NCBI GenBank assembly: GCA_031283185.1
Contig: JAITCH010000011.1
Span: 550-64,549, forward strand
Reading direction: 5' to 3'
Origin: Rickettsiales bacterium
Lineage (GTDB): Bacteria; Pseudomonadota; Alphaproteobacteria; Rs-D84
Length of the DNA stretch: 64,000 nt
Of this stretch, positions 29,799 to 39,427 are shown in pieces (within the stretch, counting starts at the first letter, position 1; every line of letters starts with the position of its first letter). The notes below the pieces were generated by a model. The model searched no databases and had not been told where the DNA came from. It worked only from the letters and a program-made list of their open reading frames with translations. The position numbers were made by a program, and so were the translations under genes.

Positions 29799-29914
29799 AA
29801 TTCCCCTCCGGTGGAGGGGTGGACGGCGCAGCCGGACGGGGTGGGTCTGCGTTTTGTATAAAGGGTAGACCCACCTCCCGGGCTTCGCCCGGACTCCTCC
29901 ATCGGAGGAGAATT
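29799..29914. repeat. Inverted pair of R3 palindromes
   Basis: TTCCCCTCCGGTGGAGGGGTGG...CCCACCTCCC...CTCCTCCATCGGAGGAGAA. Confidence 0.8.
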
Positions 29915-29987
29915 ATAATGGATAAATTCCCCTTAAAAAAAAGCCGATTTTATGATATAATGGTTTTAAGTTTAGGAAACCACGACT

Positions 29988-30983
29988 ATGAAACTACTTA
30001 AAATTATGCTTGGCGCATTGGTTGCACTTGGCGCGACAAATGCAAATGCGAATTGGTCTTATTTACAGGATAAGGACGATGGCGCGCGCTTTTATATATC
30101 CGTCAAGGGCGGACTGGCGCAAAGTTTCGGCGGGAAAACACAAGATGCAATGGGCGATATGATCTATCTCTTTTATCCGCCCGAAGACCTAATACCAGCC
30201 GGAACTTATGCCGCAGTATTAATGACCGAAAAAGAATGTCGTGAGTATGGCAATAGTCTAGTGTCCAACGGCGGACTGGCGGCATCCGGCTGTTATCCCC
30301 TTGGATATGTTCCGCTCGGCGATATAACAAAGCAGTTCGAGGTTCGCACATTAAGCACAAATCTCGCCGCGGGATTTGTTCTGCCGAATTCCCCGCAGGT
30401 TCGTATGGAATTGTCTTGGGATCATTTATCCGAATCCCGTTATGACACATCTCCGCTTTTCACCGGAGTAGAAGGCGAGTTCATAATTTGGGACGGGACA
30501 AACGACCCTGATATTGTCCCGGCAGTTGTTCCGTATTCGGGTTCAATCGCCTCATCGGTTTCCAGCGATATAGTGATGATGATGATGTATTATGATTTCT
30601 TTGACGGAATGTCAAAGCCACAAAAGACCATCATTCCATATATTGGCGCGGGATTCGGACTTGCGACCAGTCAAGTGCAAATGACCCTTGGCGATTCCAA
30701 TGGGGTATTTTATGAAACGGGTTCGTTTGATCCTTATTTTGATTCGACGAATGGATTCCCGCCAAGCAGTTCCAGTTCTCAGGGATTGGCGGTTGCCGGC
30801 GCGCTTGGGTTTTCATATGGATTGGTAGAGCACGCATTTATGGATGTAGGGGTCAAGGCAATATACGCAAACAAAATTAATTGGACATTGATTAATACGG
30901 ATAACGGAATGGAAAAAAATATCATATCCGCTGGTCCGATGATCTACGGCATCTTCAACATCGGATTTAGATTCGAGTTTTAA
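29988..30983 (+). CDS. Outer-membrane beta-barrel (Opa/Msp4-like surface antigen)
   Basis: Signal peptide, YYDF...PYIGAGFG and C-terminal GFRFEF. Confidence 0.75.
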   Translation: MKLLKIMLGALVALGATNANANWSYLQDKDDGARFYISVKGGLAQSFGGKTQDAMGDMIYLFYPPEDLIPAGTYAAVLMTEKECREYGNSLVSNGGLAASGCYPLGYVPLGDITKQFEVRTLSTNLAAGFVLPNSPQVRMELSWDHLSESRYDTSPLFTGVEGEFIIWDGTNDPDIVPAVVPYSGSIASSVSSDIVMMMMYYDFFDGMSKPQKTIIPYIGAGFGLATSQVQMTLGDSNGVFYETGSFDPYFDSTNGFPPSSSSSQGLAVAGALGFSYGLVEHAFMDVGVKAIYANKINWTLINTDNGMEKNIISAGPMIYGIFNIGFRFEF

Positions 30984-31010
30984 TTAAAGCCTCGCCCGGT
31001 CGTTATGGCA

Positions 31011-32984
31011 TTACTCCAAATACAATAAATCTTCCTGCAAACTTTTGATCCGATCGCGCGTCTCGCCCGCTTTCTCAAATTCTAAATCTTCCGCAAACTT
31101 TTTCATCTGCTTGGTTAATGCCGCAATCTCTTTCTTTATATCAGTCGGATCCAGCGCACCCTTATTGGTATAAATATACTGCGTCTTTTTCCTATCCTTT
31201 ATATCTTCCCCGACCTTATCAAATACATTTTTCATAATGGTCTTCGGAACAATCCCGTGTTTTTTATTATAAGCCTCCTGCTTTGCCCGCCGCCTACTCG
31301 TCTCGCCTAATGCCTCTTCCATACTTTTCGTAATTCTATCGGCATATAAAATAACCCGGCCATTTGCATTTCTAGCCGCGCGACCAATGGTCTGTATTAA
31401 GGATCTCGCCGACCTTAAAAATCCCTCTTTATCCGCATCCATTATCGCAACCAATTCGCATTCGGGAATATCCAACCCTTCGCGGAGCAAATTTATCCCG
31501 ACCAAGACATCAAACATTCCGGCGCGGAGTTGCCTTATCAACTCTATCCTTTCCAGCGTCTCAACATCCGAATGAAGATACCTTGCCCTCACCCCATTTT
31601 CGGTTAAATACTCCGTCAACTGCTCTGCCATTTTCTTCGTTAATGTAGTTATCAAAACCCGGCCTTTTTGCGTTTTACACCGGGATAAAATATCATCAAC
31701 TTGATTCTCGGTCGGACGAATTTCACACTCCGGGTCAAGAAGTCCAGTCGGCCTAATAACCTGCTCTGCCACTATCCCTTTTGACAGCCCAATTTCATAA
31801 TCATTCGGGGTCGCCGAAACATAAATCGTATCCGGGCGGATTTTATCCCATTCTTCGAACTGCAAGGGCCGATTATCCATTGCCGATGGCAGTCGAAAAC
31901 CATAATCCACCAATGTCTGCTTGCGCGATCTATCCCCTTTATACATCGCCCCAATTTGCGGAACGCTGACATGCGATTCGTCTATAAATAAAATCGCGTC
32001 CGGCGGCAAATACTCAAACAAGGTCGGCGGCGGCTCTCCCGGCGCGCGTCCCGACAAGAACCTGGAATAGTTTTCAATCCCCTTACAGGTTCCGGTCGCC
32101 GACATCATTTCCAAATCAAAATTCGTCCGTTCGCGCAATCTCTGTTCTTCTAAAAACTTCTTCTCGTCCTTAAAGAAATTAAGGCGGTCTTCCAATTCCG
32201 TTCTTATGGCTTTAATAGCATCCGTAATAATATGGCTTTCAGTCGCATAATGGCTATTCGGATAAATAGAAATATGCTGAACCTCCGCAAGTGTCTTGCC
32301 AGTCAAACTATCAATTTCCAAAATGCTTTCAATTTCATCTCCAAAGAATGACAGCCTTATAACCCTATCTTCCGAATGCGGAGGGAATATCTGCACGGCA
32401 TCGCCTGACACCATAAAGTCGCCCCGAGAAAACCCTATATCATTTCTTTTATATTGCAATGCAACCAATCCCAATAACATTTCCGGCAAGGCAATTTTCT
32501 GCCCTACGCTAAACGACCGGCACATAGTCTTATATTCCTCTGGATCGCCCAAACCATAAATGGAAGAAACCGAAGACACCACTATCGTATCTCTAAACTC
32601 CAACAACGACCTGGTCGCCGAATGCCGCATCCGCTCCAACTGGTCGTTGATCGCCGCGTCCTTATCTATATATGTATCGGTTGTCGGCACATAAGCCTCG
32701 GGCTGATAATAATCATAATAAGAAACAAAATACTCCACATGATTGTTCGGAAAAAACGCCTTCATTTCCGTGAATAACTGCGCCGCCAAAATTTTATTCG
32801 GTGCCATAATAATGGCAGGCCGCCCAAGGTTGGCAATAACATTCGCCATAGTGAATGTCTTACCCGAACCCGTCACGCCAAGCAGCGTCTGATCACGGCG
32901 ACCCGATTTCAACCCTTCGGTCAATTCCCGAATGGCGGCAGGCTGATCTCCCATAGGCAAAAAATCCGATTTAAGATTGAACAA
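31011..32984 (-). CDS. uvrB: Excinuclease ABC subunit B
   Basis: [18 protein letters not shown] and DESH. Confidence 0.97.
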   Translation of the reverse strand: MFNLKSDFLPMGDQPAAIRELTEGLKSGRRDQTLLGVTGSGKTFTMANVIANLGRPAIIMAPNKILAAQLFTEMKAFFPNNHVEYFVSYYDYYQPEAYVPTTDTYIDKDAAINDQLERMRHSATRSLLEFRDTIVVSSVSSIYGLGDPEEYKTMCRSFSVGQKIALPEMLLGLVALQYKRNDIGFSRGDFMVSGDAVQIFPPHSEDRVIRLSFFGDEIESILEIDSLTGKTLAEVQHISIYPNSHYATESHIITDAIKAIRTELEDRLNFFKDEKKFLEEQRLRERTNFDLEMMSATGTCKGIENYSRFLSGRAPGEPPPTLFEYLPPDAILFIDESHVSVPQIGAMYKGDRSRKQTLVDYGFRLPSAMDNRPLQFEEWDKIRPDTIYVSATPNDYEIGLSKGIVAEQVIRPTGLLDPECEIRPTENQVDDILSRCKTQKGRVLITTLTKKMAEQLTEYLTENGVRARYLHSDVETLERIELIRQLRAGMFDVLVGINLLREGLDIPECELVAIMDADKEGFLRSARSLIQTIGRAARNANGRVILYADRITKSMEEALGETSRRRAKQEAYNKKHGIVPKTIMKNVFDKVGEDIKDRKKTQYIYTNKGALDPTDIKKEIAALTKQMKKFAEDLEFEKAGETRDRIKSLQEDLLYLE

Positions 32985-33052
32985 TCACGCTTCCTTATTT
33001 GTTCCCCCTATAATAATGTGTTATAATCATAAATCAAGGGAGAGGGCACAAA

Positions 33053-35521
33053 ATGAAACGATCTGTTAGAGCGCGCGCAATATGGTTTCCATCCATTGTC
33101 GTAGCAGTCGCGGCGGTCGCCGCTTTATTATTCCCGGCATTTTCGGACTTTTCTTATATAAAGGCCGGTATGGCCAACGCCCTATCCGCCCGTTCCGGCG
33201 CAGAGGTATCCATCAACGGAAGCGTTAAAATCGCCCTCCTGCCCCGCCCTGTTCTTCGGGCGCATGAAGTAGTCGCAAAGACAACTGACTATCAGATCTC
33301 TGCCAATGCCCTTCAATTTCCCATCAGCATAGAAAACATTCTTGCGCCGGCCGCCGCTGCCGTCCCGTCCGAAATAACCATCCGCGGCGGAACATTATTA
33401 ACAAATGACCGCAAGTTCACCGAAATCAACGGCCGGGCAACTTTGGCTGGCAAATCATTCTCCGGCTCGTTTGAACACGCAGGGCGCAAATTCATCGCAA
33501 GCATATCTGACGGCGCGGCGAAAATTGAAAACCCAAACCTTGCCCTACGCGCTGAATTCAAGTTTGATGCAAACGGATGCGAAGGAACCTTTAAGGGATC
33601 CTTCCAAAACCTGGAAACATTTCTGAACGAATGGGGTTATAGTTTCAGCGAAGTAGCCAAGCGACCCTGGGCAATAACCACCGAATTCAACCTTGACCGC
33701 GCGGGACTCAACCTCAAAAATATGACGCTCGCCTCTGCGGATACCATATTGTCCGGCCGGGCGACATTTCCCAAAAACGATGTCCAAACACTTGATCTCG
33801 TAATGGCGGACGGCAACCTTGGGATTTTAGAAATCCCGGATTTAACCGACAAAAACATCAATATCATCGGGTCGGGCAAATTTGACTTCCGCGGGCGGAC
33901 AGCCAAAAAATTCGATATATCAATGGCGGGCGGAATCCTCAAACGCGCCGACATTCTGGGGGATGACTGGAACATCCACGCATCGGGCAGTTTCAAGGGC
34001 GGCAAGGCCGAAAACCTTGACCTGTCTCTATTCGAGAAAGACGGCCGCGCAATCGCCGGAATATCCGCGCCAGCATCCGTCCGCTGCATCCTGACCACCA
34101 GCGGCGAAAACTGGGAATGTTCATCTCTCTCCATCAGTGGCGAATCGTTTTCAATGTCCGGCGCGGCCGAAATGCAAGGCGGACAAATGAACCTTAAACT
34201 TGACCGCATCAATGGAATGGAAATAAATGACATTATAAAGTCAGCAACCGACCGATTCCAAAACGACATAAAAATCACCTTCCCGGGCGGACAATTCGGA
34301 ATCGGAAATTCATCAAAAACCTATGCTAATGATAAAGCCAAATTAAAAGATATACCATTCAAGTCCTCCATAACCGACCTTATTCCGCCCGCCCTCGTGC
34401 AGAAAATAAAGGGCAAAATCAGCGCGGAATCCCGCTCGGGTTTTGAGAGTTTTGCCTTTGATTCCGACAACCTTAAAATCGCAATAACCGACAACAACGG
34501 CGCAATCCAATTTGCGGCATCCGGGCGCGACTTTGCCGGAATTTTTGGCGATGTCTTCCCGGGCGCGGGCGGCAAGTTTCTAAAACCCGACCTGCCCTTT
34601 GACATATCCGGCAATTTCTCAGGCGGCGACTTTGACGATATAAAAATCAATATCGCAGGGCAAGAATTCACCGGCCGGGGCGCGGATGGACGAATATCGC
34701 TGAACGGAAAAACCCTTAACATTGACGATCTGAAAAGCCCGGATTGGAATATAAATTTCGAGCAGTTGCAATTCGTCTCCCAAGACCCAATGCTGTCTAT
34801 GTTCAGAATAACGCCGGACTTTTCGCTTGCCACCGCCCGGGTAATTTCCGGCGGCGCGACATATCAAGATCTGGCATATTCCAAAATCGGCACGGCGCAA
34901 AAGGCGTCATTGACCGACGGCTCTACCGGGGTCGGGGTTTGGGAAATAACCCGCCGGGGCGGCTCGGAATACGAGATAAATGTCAAAATATCCGGGTTTA
35001 AAATCCCCGGCCTTTTTGCAAATTTGCCGGGGCTAAATGTGGAAGGCGCGACCCTCACGGCAGAGGCTTGGCTGACCACTATGGGTCTAACCGCCAACGA
35101 TGTCAGACAGAATTTGGCTGGCAGCGCGGAACTTAATTTTGACGGCGGCAAGGTGGTGGGGATTGACACCCGCCGGGTATTCGCCGCGCCCATATCGCAC
35201 GGCAATGCGTTTGATGTTGTCAGTTCTGCTTTTGCAAAGGACGCCTCTATGCCGATACGCACCCTTAATGTTCCACTTCGGATAAGCGGCGGCTCGGCAT
35301 TGTCCAGCGCGCCGATGAACATCCGATCGGACACATCAAATATCAGTGGATTTATAAAGTCGGATTCGGAAGGAACGGCAGCGAAATTGTCTGTTGTATT
35401 TAAGAACGGGGCGGCCGAACCACGACCACTGGAAGTTCGGGTTGCGCCATCGGGGGCGAGTTTTGACCGCGAAGAGTTGTTCCGCTCTGTCGATCCAGAT
35501 TATATTAAATCAATTAAATAA
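33053..35521 (+). CDS. AsmA-like protein
   Basis: N-terminal TM anchor, INGSVKIALLPRP and a long beta-rich body with NLAGS...G.V.GID. Confidence 0.65.
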   Translation: MKRSVRARAIWFPSIVVAVAAVAALLFPAFSDFSYIKAGMANALSARSGAEVSINGSVKIALLPRPVLRAHEVVAKTTDYQISANALQFPISIENILAPAAAAVPSEITIRGGTLLTNDRKFTEINGRATLAGKSFSGSFEHAGRKFIASISDGAAKIENPNLALRAEFKFDANGCEGTFKGSFQNLETFLNEWGYSFSEVAKRPWAITTEFNLDRAGLNLKNMTLASADTILSGRATFPKNDVQTLDLVMADGNLGILEIPDLTDKNINIIGSGKFDFRGRTAKKFDISMAGGILKRADILGDDWNIHASGSFKGGKAENLDLSLFEKDGRAIAGISAPASVRCILTTSGENWECSSLSISGESFSMSGAAEMQGGQMNLKLDRINGMEINDIIKSATDRFQNDIKITFPGGQFGIGNSSKTYANDKAKLKDIPFKSSITDLIPPALVQKIKGKISAESRSGFESFAFDSDNLKIAITDNNGAIQFAASGRDFAGIFGDVFPGAGGKFLKPDLPFDISGNFSGGDFDDIKINIAGQEFTGRGADGRISLNGKTLNIDDLKSPDWNINFEQLQFVSQDPMLSMFRITPDFSLATARVISGGATYQDLAYSKIGTAQKASLTDGSTGVGVWEITRRGGSEYEINVKISGFKIPGLFANLPGLNVEGATLTAEAWLTTMGLTANDVRQNLAGSAELNFDGGKVVGIDTRRVFAAPISHGNAFDVVSSAFAKDASMPIRTLNVPLRISGGSALSSAPMNIRSDTSNISGFIKSDSEGTAAKLSVVFKNGAAEPRPLEVRVAPSGASFDREELFRSVDPDYIKSIK

Positions 35522-35524
35522 GGC

Positions 35525-35679
35525 CAAAAAATATTGGACGACTTTTCGTCTGCCGGTCTATAACGCCCACTAACTTCGAAACGGCGGGGAACACTCATTG
35601 GTAGACACCAACATCGCCCCGCCGTTCCTGGTTATTGGCCGTTCTATCCTCGGCATCGCGGTCGTCCTGATATTTTTTG
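35525..35679 (-). ncRNA. Rod-shaped structured element, copy A (155 nt)
   Basis: Nested stems CAAAAAATAT/ATATTTTTTG, GGACGAC/GTCGTCC, TGCCG/CGGCA and ACGGCGGGG/CCCCGCCGT. Confidence 0.65.
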
Positions 35680-35701
35680 CACGATATTAATTATAGCGTT
35701 A

Positions 35702-35933
35702 AAGTCCCCTTCGCTGGCGAAACCATCTGTCCGCCTTCGGCGGCCGGGGTAGTGGTTAATAAGTCATTGCCCGGTTTAACCGGGCAATCTCGCCGAATAA
35801 AATTCCCCTCCCGGGGAGGGGTGGATGCGAAGCAGACGGGGTGGGCAATGAGCATAGTCTAAATGCCAAGCCTTTGATTAATGGTAGACCCACCTCCTCG
35901 CCTTCGGCGGGACTCCTCCACAGGAGGAGAATT
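35702..35933. repeat. REP cluster (R3, R1, inverted R3 pair)
   Basis: Matches to the family consensus sequences. Confidence 0.8.
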
Positions 35934-35938
35934 AATAA

Positions 35939-37924
35939 TTACTTCTTGCTCCCAACACTTACCTGATCGCCCCAACCTGCTACCGCGCTACCCGCAACCT
36001 TACACTGCACAGACTCAAAGCCCTTGTCTACCTGATGCGCTTTCACAAAGTGATTCGTTATGAACCCGCCAAGCGCGCCGACCGCTACCGCCGCACTAGC
36101 ATCAAACGCAAGCCGTTTTACATTGGTCGTTCCGTCAGTCTTTTTCAACCAACTCGCGGAATCCAGTTGAAACGCCGACAAATCCGCAAGGGTTTCAACT
36201 GGCGCAGGCTTTTCTTCTTTACACGCATCTGCCAATTTATTGCCCTTTTCAAGGGATTTGTTGAATGTTCCAGCATTATTATCACATTGCACACATATCT
36301 GTGTAATATCATTTTTTGATAATTCGTTGTAATCTTGGTGCCGTGTTATAATCTCGAAAAATGCCAGTTCGCATTTGGTCGGAACATCAATGACCGGTTC
36401 TGGGGTGCAAAATTCTAGCAGATTTTTATCGTTTATTTGTTCTGGATATTTATCTATAAATTCCTTAAATTTATCTTTTCCGCAAGTCGCGCATACTTCA
36501 TCCCATTTTTCTTTGTTTATATTCGGATAATCTTCCACCTTTTTACCATCCGGCAAACAAGACGGCGGATCACGATAGTCCTTGCAAAATTTTATCGTTG
36601 CTGTAACACCCATATCATAAAATGATTTTTCTTGTTTTTTATAGTCTTCCATAAAAGCGGCGAATTTTGTTGCGTTGCAACTTTCGCAAATGTTATCCCA
36701 AATTTTCTTATCATAACTTGAAGAATCGCCCAACAAACTTGCCCGTGTTACACCTTTGGGAAGACAGGATGGCTCCGGGTCGGCCGGTTTTTCACAAGGC
36801 GTCCAATACTTCATATCCTTGCCCTTGCCTGTGGGTTTGCAGGAACGCATTGCGCTACCTTCGCCACAAATTAAATTCTGTCCTTCGTTTTTCTTACTGA
36901 TATAAGTATGAACTGTAAATGTTTCACCGCCGCTCGTATATTTATATTCCTGTGGCTTTTTTTTCAAGAGATCAATAATCGTATTTCCATTAACATCCGG
37001 TGTTTTAGCATCGCAACAATGAATCTCTTTTTTATACGGAAAGCAATATTCCTTCATTGTTCCGTCTTCATTAAATAAAAAATCACTAATACGCTTATTG
37101 TCTATTACTGCCTTTGTATCGCCGCAATCTGACCATTTATAATCGTCCCTTGTGTATTCGGAACCACTTTTTTCCGATATGCATATTTTTTCCTGTCCCG
37201 GATTACAATTTAATGTAAATGAGCCCCCTGCTCCATAAGGCGTTATCTTGTCCTTAAATTCTTTTTCTAATTTGTTGTTTATTGGTCCGCAACAATGGCG
37301 TTTTCCATCACTGGCCTTTTCACATGTATACTCACTAGTGAACCTATAATCTTCATAATTCACACATTCCGTCAATATCTTATCTCTGTTCCAATAACCC
37401 TCGCAAACTCTTACTTGTCCGCTAGGGCAATCTGCTGTGTCTTTTTCACCTCTTTCAAGCGCAACGACTTTGCCTTTAAGAAACTCATAAGTCTTGCCCG
37501 TTTTACAGCAAACCCAAGAATCGCCTTTTTGTTTGCATTGGCTATTTTGTGGATCAATTAATTCTTCAAACAATTTGATGTTCTTGTCAGTTGCGGGGGC
37601 TGGTGATGCATTATTAATTTTAGGACAGAGTTTATCAAGATATTCTTGGACTTTGTCTTTATGTAATTTTTGCTTCTTTTTATACTCTTTCATCTCTTCG
37701 CCGTGTGGACCCACAAGACTATTCTCTTTAACAATTTGATCTAAACCTACTAATTTAAGATACGCATTAATATAATCGCCACGCCCTGTATCAGAACATC
37801 CGTTTGGACTCGCGGCAAAACTTGGGGAAAAAATTGTGCTGAAAACAAAGGCAGCAAAAATTATCCTAATAGTCTTTATAGGTGTGTGTGTGTGTGTGTG
37901 TGTAGGTTTCTGCCATTTTTTCAT
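35939..37924 (-). CDS. Cys-rich secreted/surface protein, paralogue 2 (in frame, ON)
   Basis: Signal peptide, CC and CxxC modules, conserved family C-terminus, and (AC)11 in codons 8-15. Confidence 0.8.
   Translation of the reverse strand: MKKWQKPTHTHTHTPIKTIRIIFAAFVFSTIFSPSFAASPNGCSDTGRGDYINAYLKLVGLDQIVKENSLVGPHGEEMKEYKKKQKLHKDKVQEYLDKLCPKINNASPAPATDKNIKLFEELIDPQNSQCKQKGDSWVCCKTGKTYEFLKGKVVALERGEKDTADCPSGQVRVCEGYWNRDKILTECVNYEDYRFTSEYTCEKASDGKRHCCGPINNKLEKEFKDKITPYGAGGSFTLNCNPGQEKICISEKSGSEYTRDDYKWSDCGDTKAVIDNKRISDFLFNEDGTMKEYCFPYKKEIHCCDAKTPDVNGNTIIDLLKKKPQEYKYTSGGETFTVHTYISKKNEGQNLICGEGSAMRSCKPTGKGKDMKYWTPCEKPADPEPSCLPKGVTRASLLGDSSSYDKKIWDNICESCNATKFAAFMEDYKKQEKSFYDMGVTATIKFCKDYRDPPSCLPDGKKVEDYPNINKEKWDEVCATCGKDKFKEFIDKYPEQINDKNLLEFCTPEPVIDVPTKCELAFFEIITRHQDYNELSKNDITQICVQCDNNAGTFNKSLEKGNKLADACKEEKPAPVETLADLSAFQLDSASWLKKTDGTTNVKRLAFDASAAVAVGALGGFITNHFVKAHQVDKGFESVQCKVAGSAVAGWGDQVSVGSKK
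37882..37903 (-). repeat. (AC)11 microsatellite in the 5' coding region
   Basis: Plus strand (GT)11, encoding THTHTHT. Confidence 0.95.
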
Positions 37925-37951
37925 CTTCTCGTCCGCTGTTAATACATAATT

Positions 37952-37980
37952 ATTATATCATTTTTTGTGCATTTTTACAA
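37952..37980 (-). promoter_or_regulatory. Extended -10 promoter of paralogue 2
   Basis: TTGTAA-17 nt-(TGa)TATAAT, same layout as the paralogue 1 promoter. Confidence 0.6.
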
Positions 37981-37994
37981 AATATAAAATTCAA

Positions 37995-38337
37995 GGGATT
38001 TGCCCCCTGGCCTTTTGATTTGCCGGGGCAAATCCCACATTAAACTAAAACGGCACAAAGTGCCGTCATCCCCGTGAAGACGGGGATCTCAAATTGGACA
38101 ATGCCGAATTAATTTGATTTTTTACAATCTGAGATTCCCGCCATCCACACCCCACGAACAAGTTCGCGGGGACCCCGGGCGCGGGAATGACAAATAAATA
38201 ATTCCCCTCCGTTGGAGGGGTGGCCGCGAAGCGGACGGGGCGGTTTAACCACATATAACCACACTGCTTGCCAAAATGTGGCTAAACTACCCCGTCAGTC
38301 GCTCCGCGACTGCCACCCCTTCAATGAAGGGGAACTT
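37995..38337. repeat. REP cluster (R4, inverted R2 pair, inverted R3 pair)
   Basis: R2 = CGTCATCCCCG(C/T)GAAG(G/A)CGGGGATCTCAAATTG. The first ~100 bp is nearly identical to 62556-62660. Confidence 0.85.
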
Positions 38338-38345
38338 TTTAATTA

Positions 38346-39419
38346 CTATGAAATCGCGGCTGCGACCTGATCCTGCAACTCAAATGTTCCAAACACCACC
38401 CACGCAATAACCACCGAAATTACCAATATCCCAACCGAATTAAGCATATTGGAAAGCCCCTCTATCCTGCTTACCGCGCCATCCATATATCCATTCGCCA
38501 CATTCATTAAATTCTTATCAAAATTATCTAACTCAGCATAAATCTTCAAGTCGCCTATAATCTCTTCATTCGGAAACTTCGTTTCCGCTTGCTCCAAAGC
38601 ATCACCTAAATTCCGCCCCGCTATTACCCCAAACAACGCCTTATCCGAAACATCCGATAAATACTTATTGGAACTGCCCGCCATAATTTTTAATGCCTCT
38701 GGCAATGTCGCGCCCGCACGCATCAATGACGCCAATGACACCAACCACCCGGCCGAACTGGAAATTTTATAAAGCGACCAAGGCGGAAACCTATCCAACA
38801 TAACCCTAAATCCCCCAGTCAAGCGCGACATACTTAATCCCGCCAACACTGCCGCAACCGCAAGTCCCGTCGACACCGCCACCCAATTCGCCCCGGCAAA
38901 TTCCGACACATTGACCAAGGTCCTTGCCGCGCCGCGCCACACCACATCGCGCCCCACTGCCTCTAACATCGGCGGCACAAGAAATTCCCCCACCATAACC
39001 ACAATCGCCACACTTGCCACCAGCAAAAACAACGGGTAAGCCAAAGCCGAAATCAATGCCGAACTTATTTTACCACTACCCTCCGTAATCCGCACGGTAT
39101 TATCCAATGCGATCGACAATTTCGACATATCGCCGACCGACAGCATTAATGTTTCAATTTCCGGCACCCAGCCCTGCACAGCCTCGGGGAAACTATAACC
39201 CCTCTCCAACTTATCCATCCAATCGCGGAATGCAATCGCAAACGGCTCGCCCGGCTTTTTTCCATTTCGACTCTCTATATTATACAGCCTATCCAGCGCG
39301 TCCAATAATGTGAATTCGCCCCGCAACAATGATGCTAATTTTCTATACGCACCCAATCGCTTATCCGTATCAAGACGAAATGAAATTTTTGCATAAAAAG
39401 TTTCCAATCTATTCGCCAT
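38346..39419 (-). CDS. Type IVb pilus platform protein (PilR/BfpE/GspF family)
   Basis: ALAYP...LVPPM, LDRFPPWSLYK and three TM segments. Confidence 0.85.
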   Translation of the reverse strand: MANRLETFYAKISFRLDTDKRLGAYRKLASLLRGEFTLLDALDRLYNIESRNGKKPGEPFAIAFRDWMDKLERGYSFPEAVQGWVPEIETLMLSVGDMSKLSIALDNTVRITEGSGKISSALISALAYPLFLLVASVAIVVMVGEFLVPPMLEAVGRDVVWRGAARTLVNVSEFAGANWVAVSTGLAVAAVLAGLSMSRLTGGFRVMLDRFPPWSLYKISSSAGWLVSLASLMRAGATLPEALKIMAGSSNKYLSDVSDKALFGVIAGRNLGDALEQAETKFPNEEIIGDLKIYAELDNFDKNLMNVANGYMDGAVSRIEGLSNMLNSVGILVISVVIAWVVFGTFELQDQVAAAIS

Positions 39420-39427
39420 TGCACCCT

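Noticed and set aside
29500..33000. Replication terminus from an apparent G-to-C skew change
   Set aside because: The skew flips many times locally and no dif was seen; by-eye evidence is insufficient.
35702..38337. CRISPR array
   Set aside because: The repeats are dispersed, of mixed families and often inverted. There is no regular repeat-spacer period and no cas gene.
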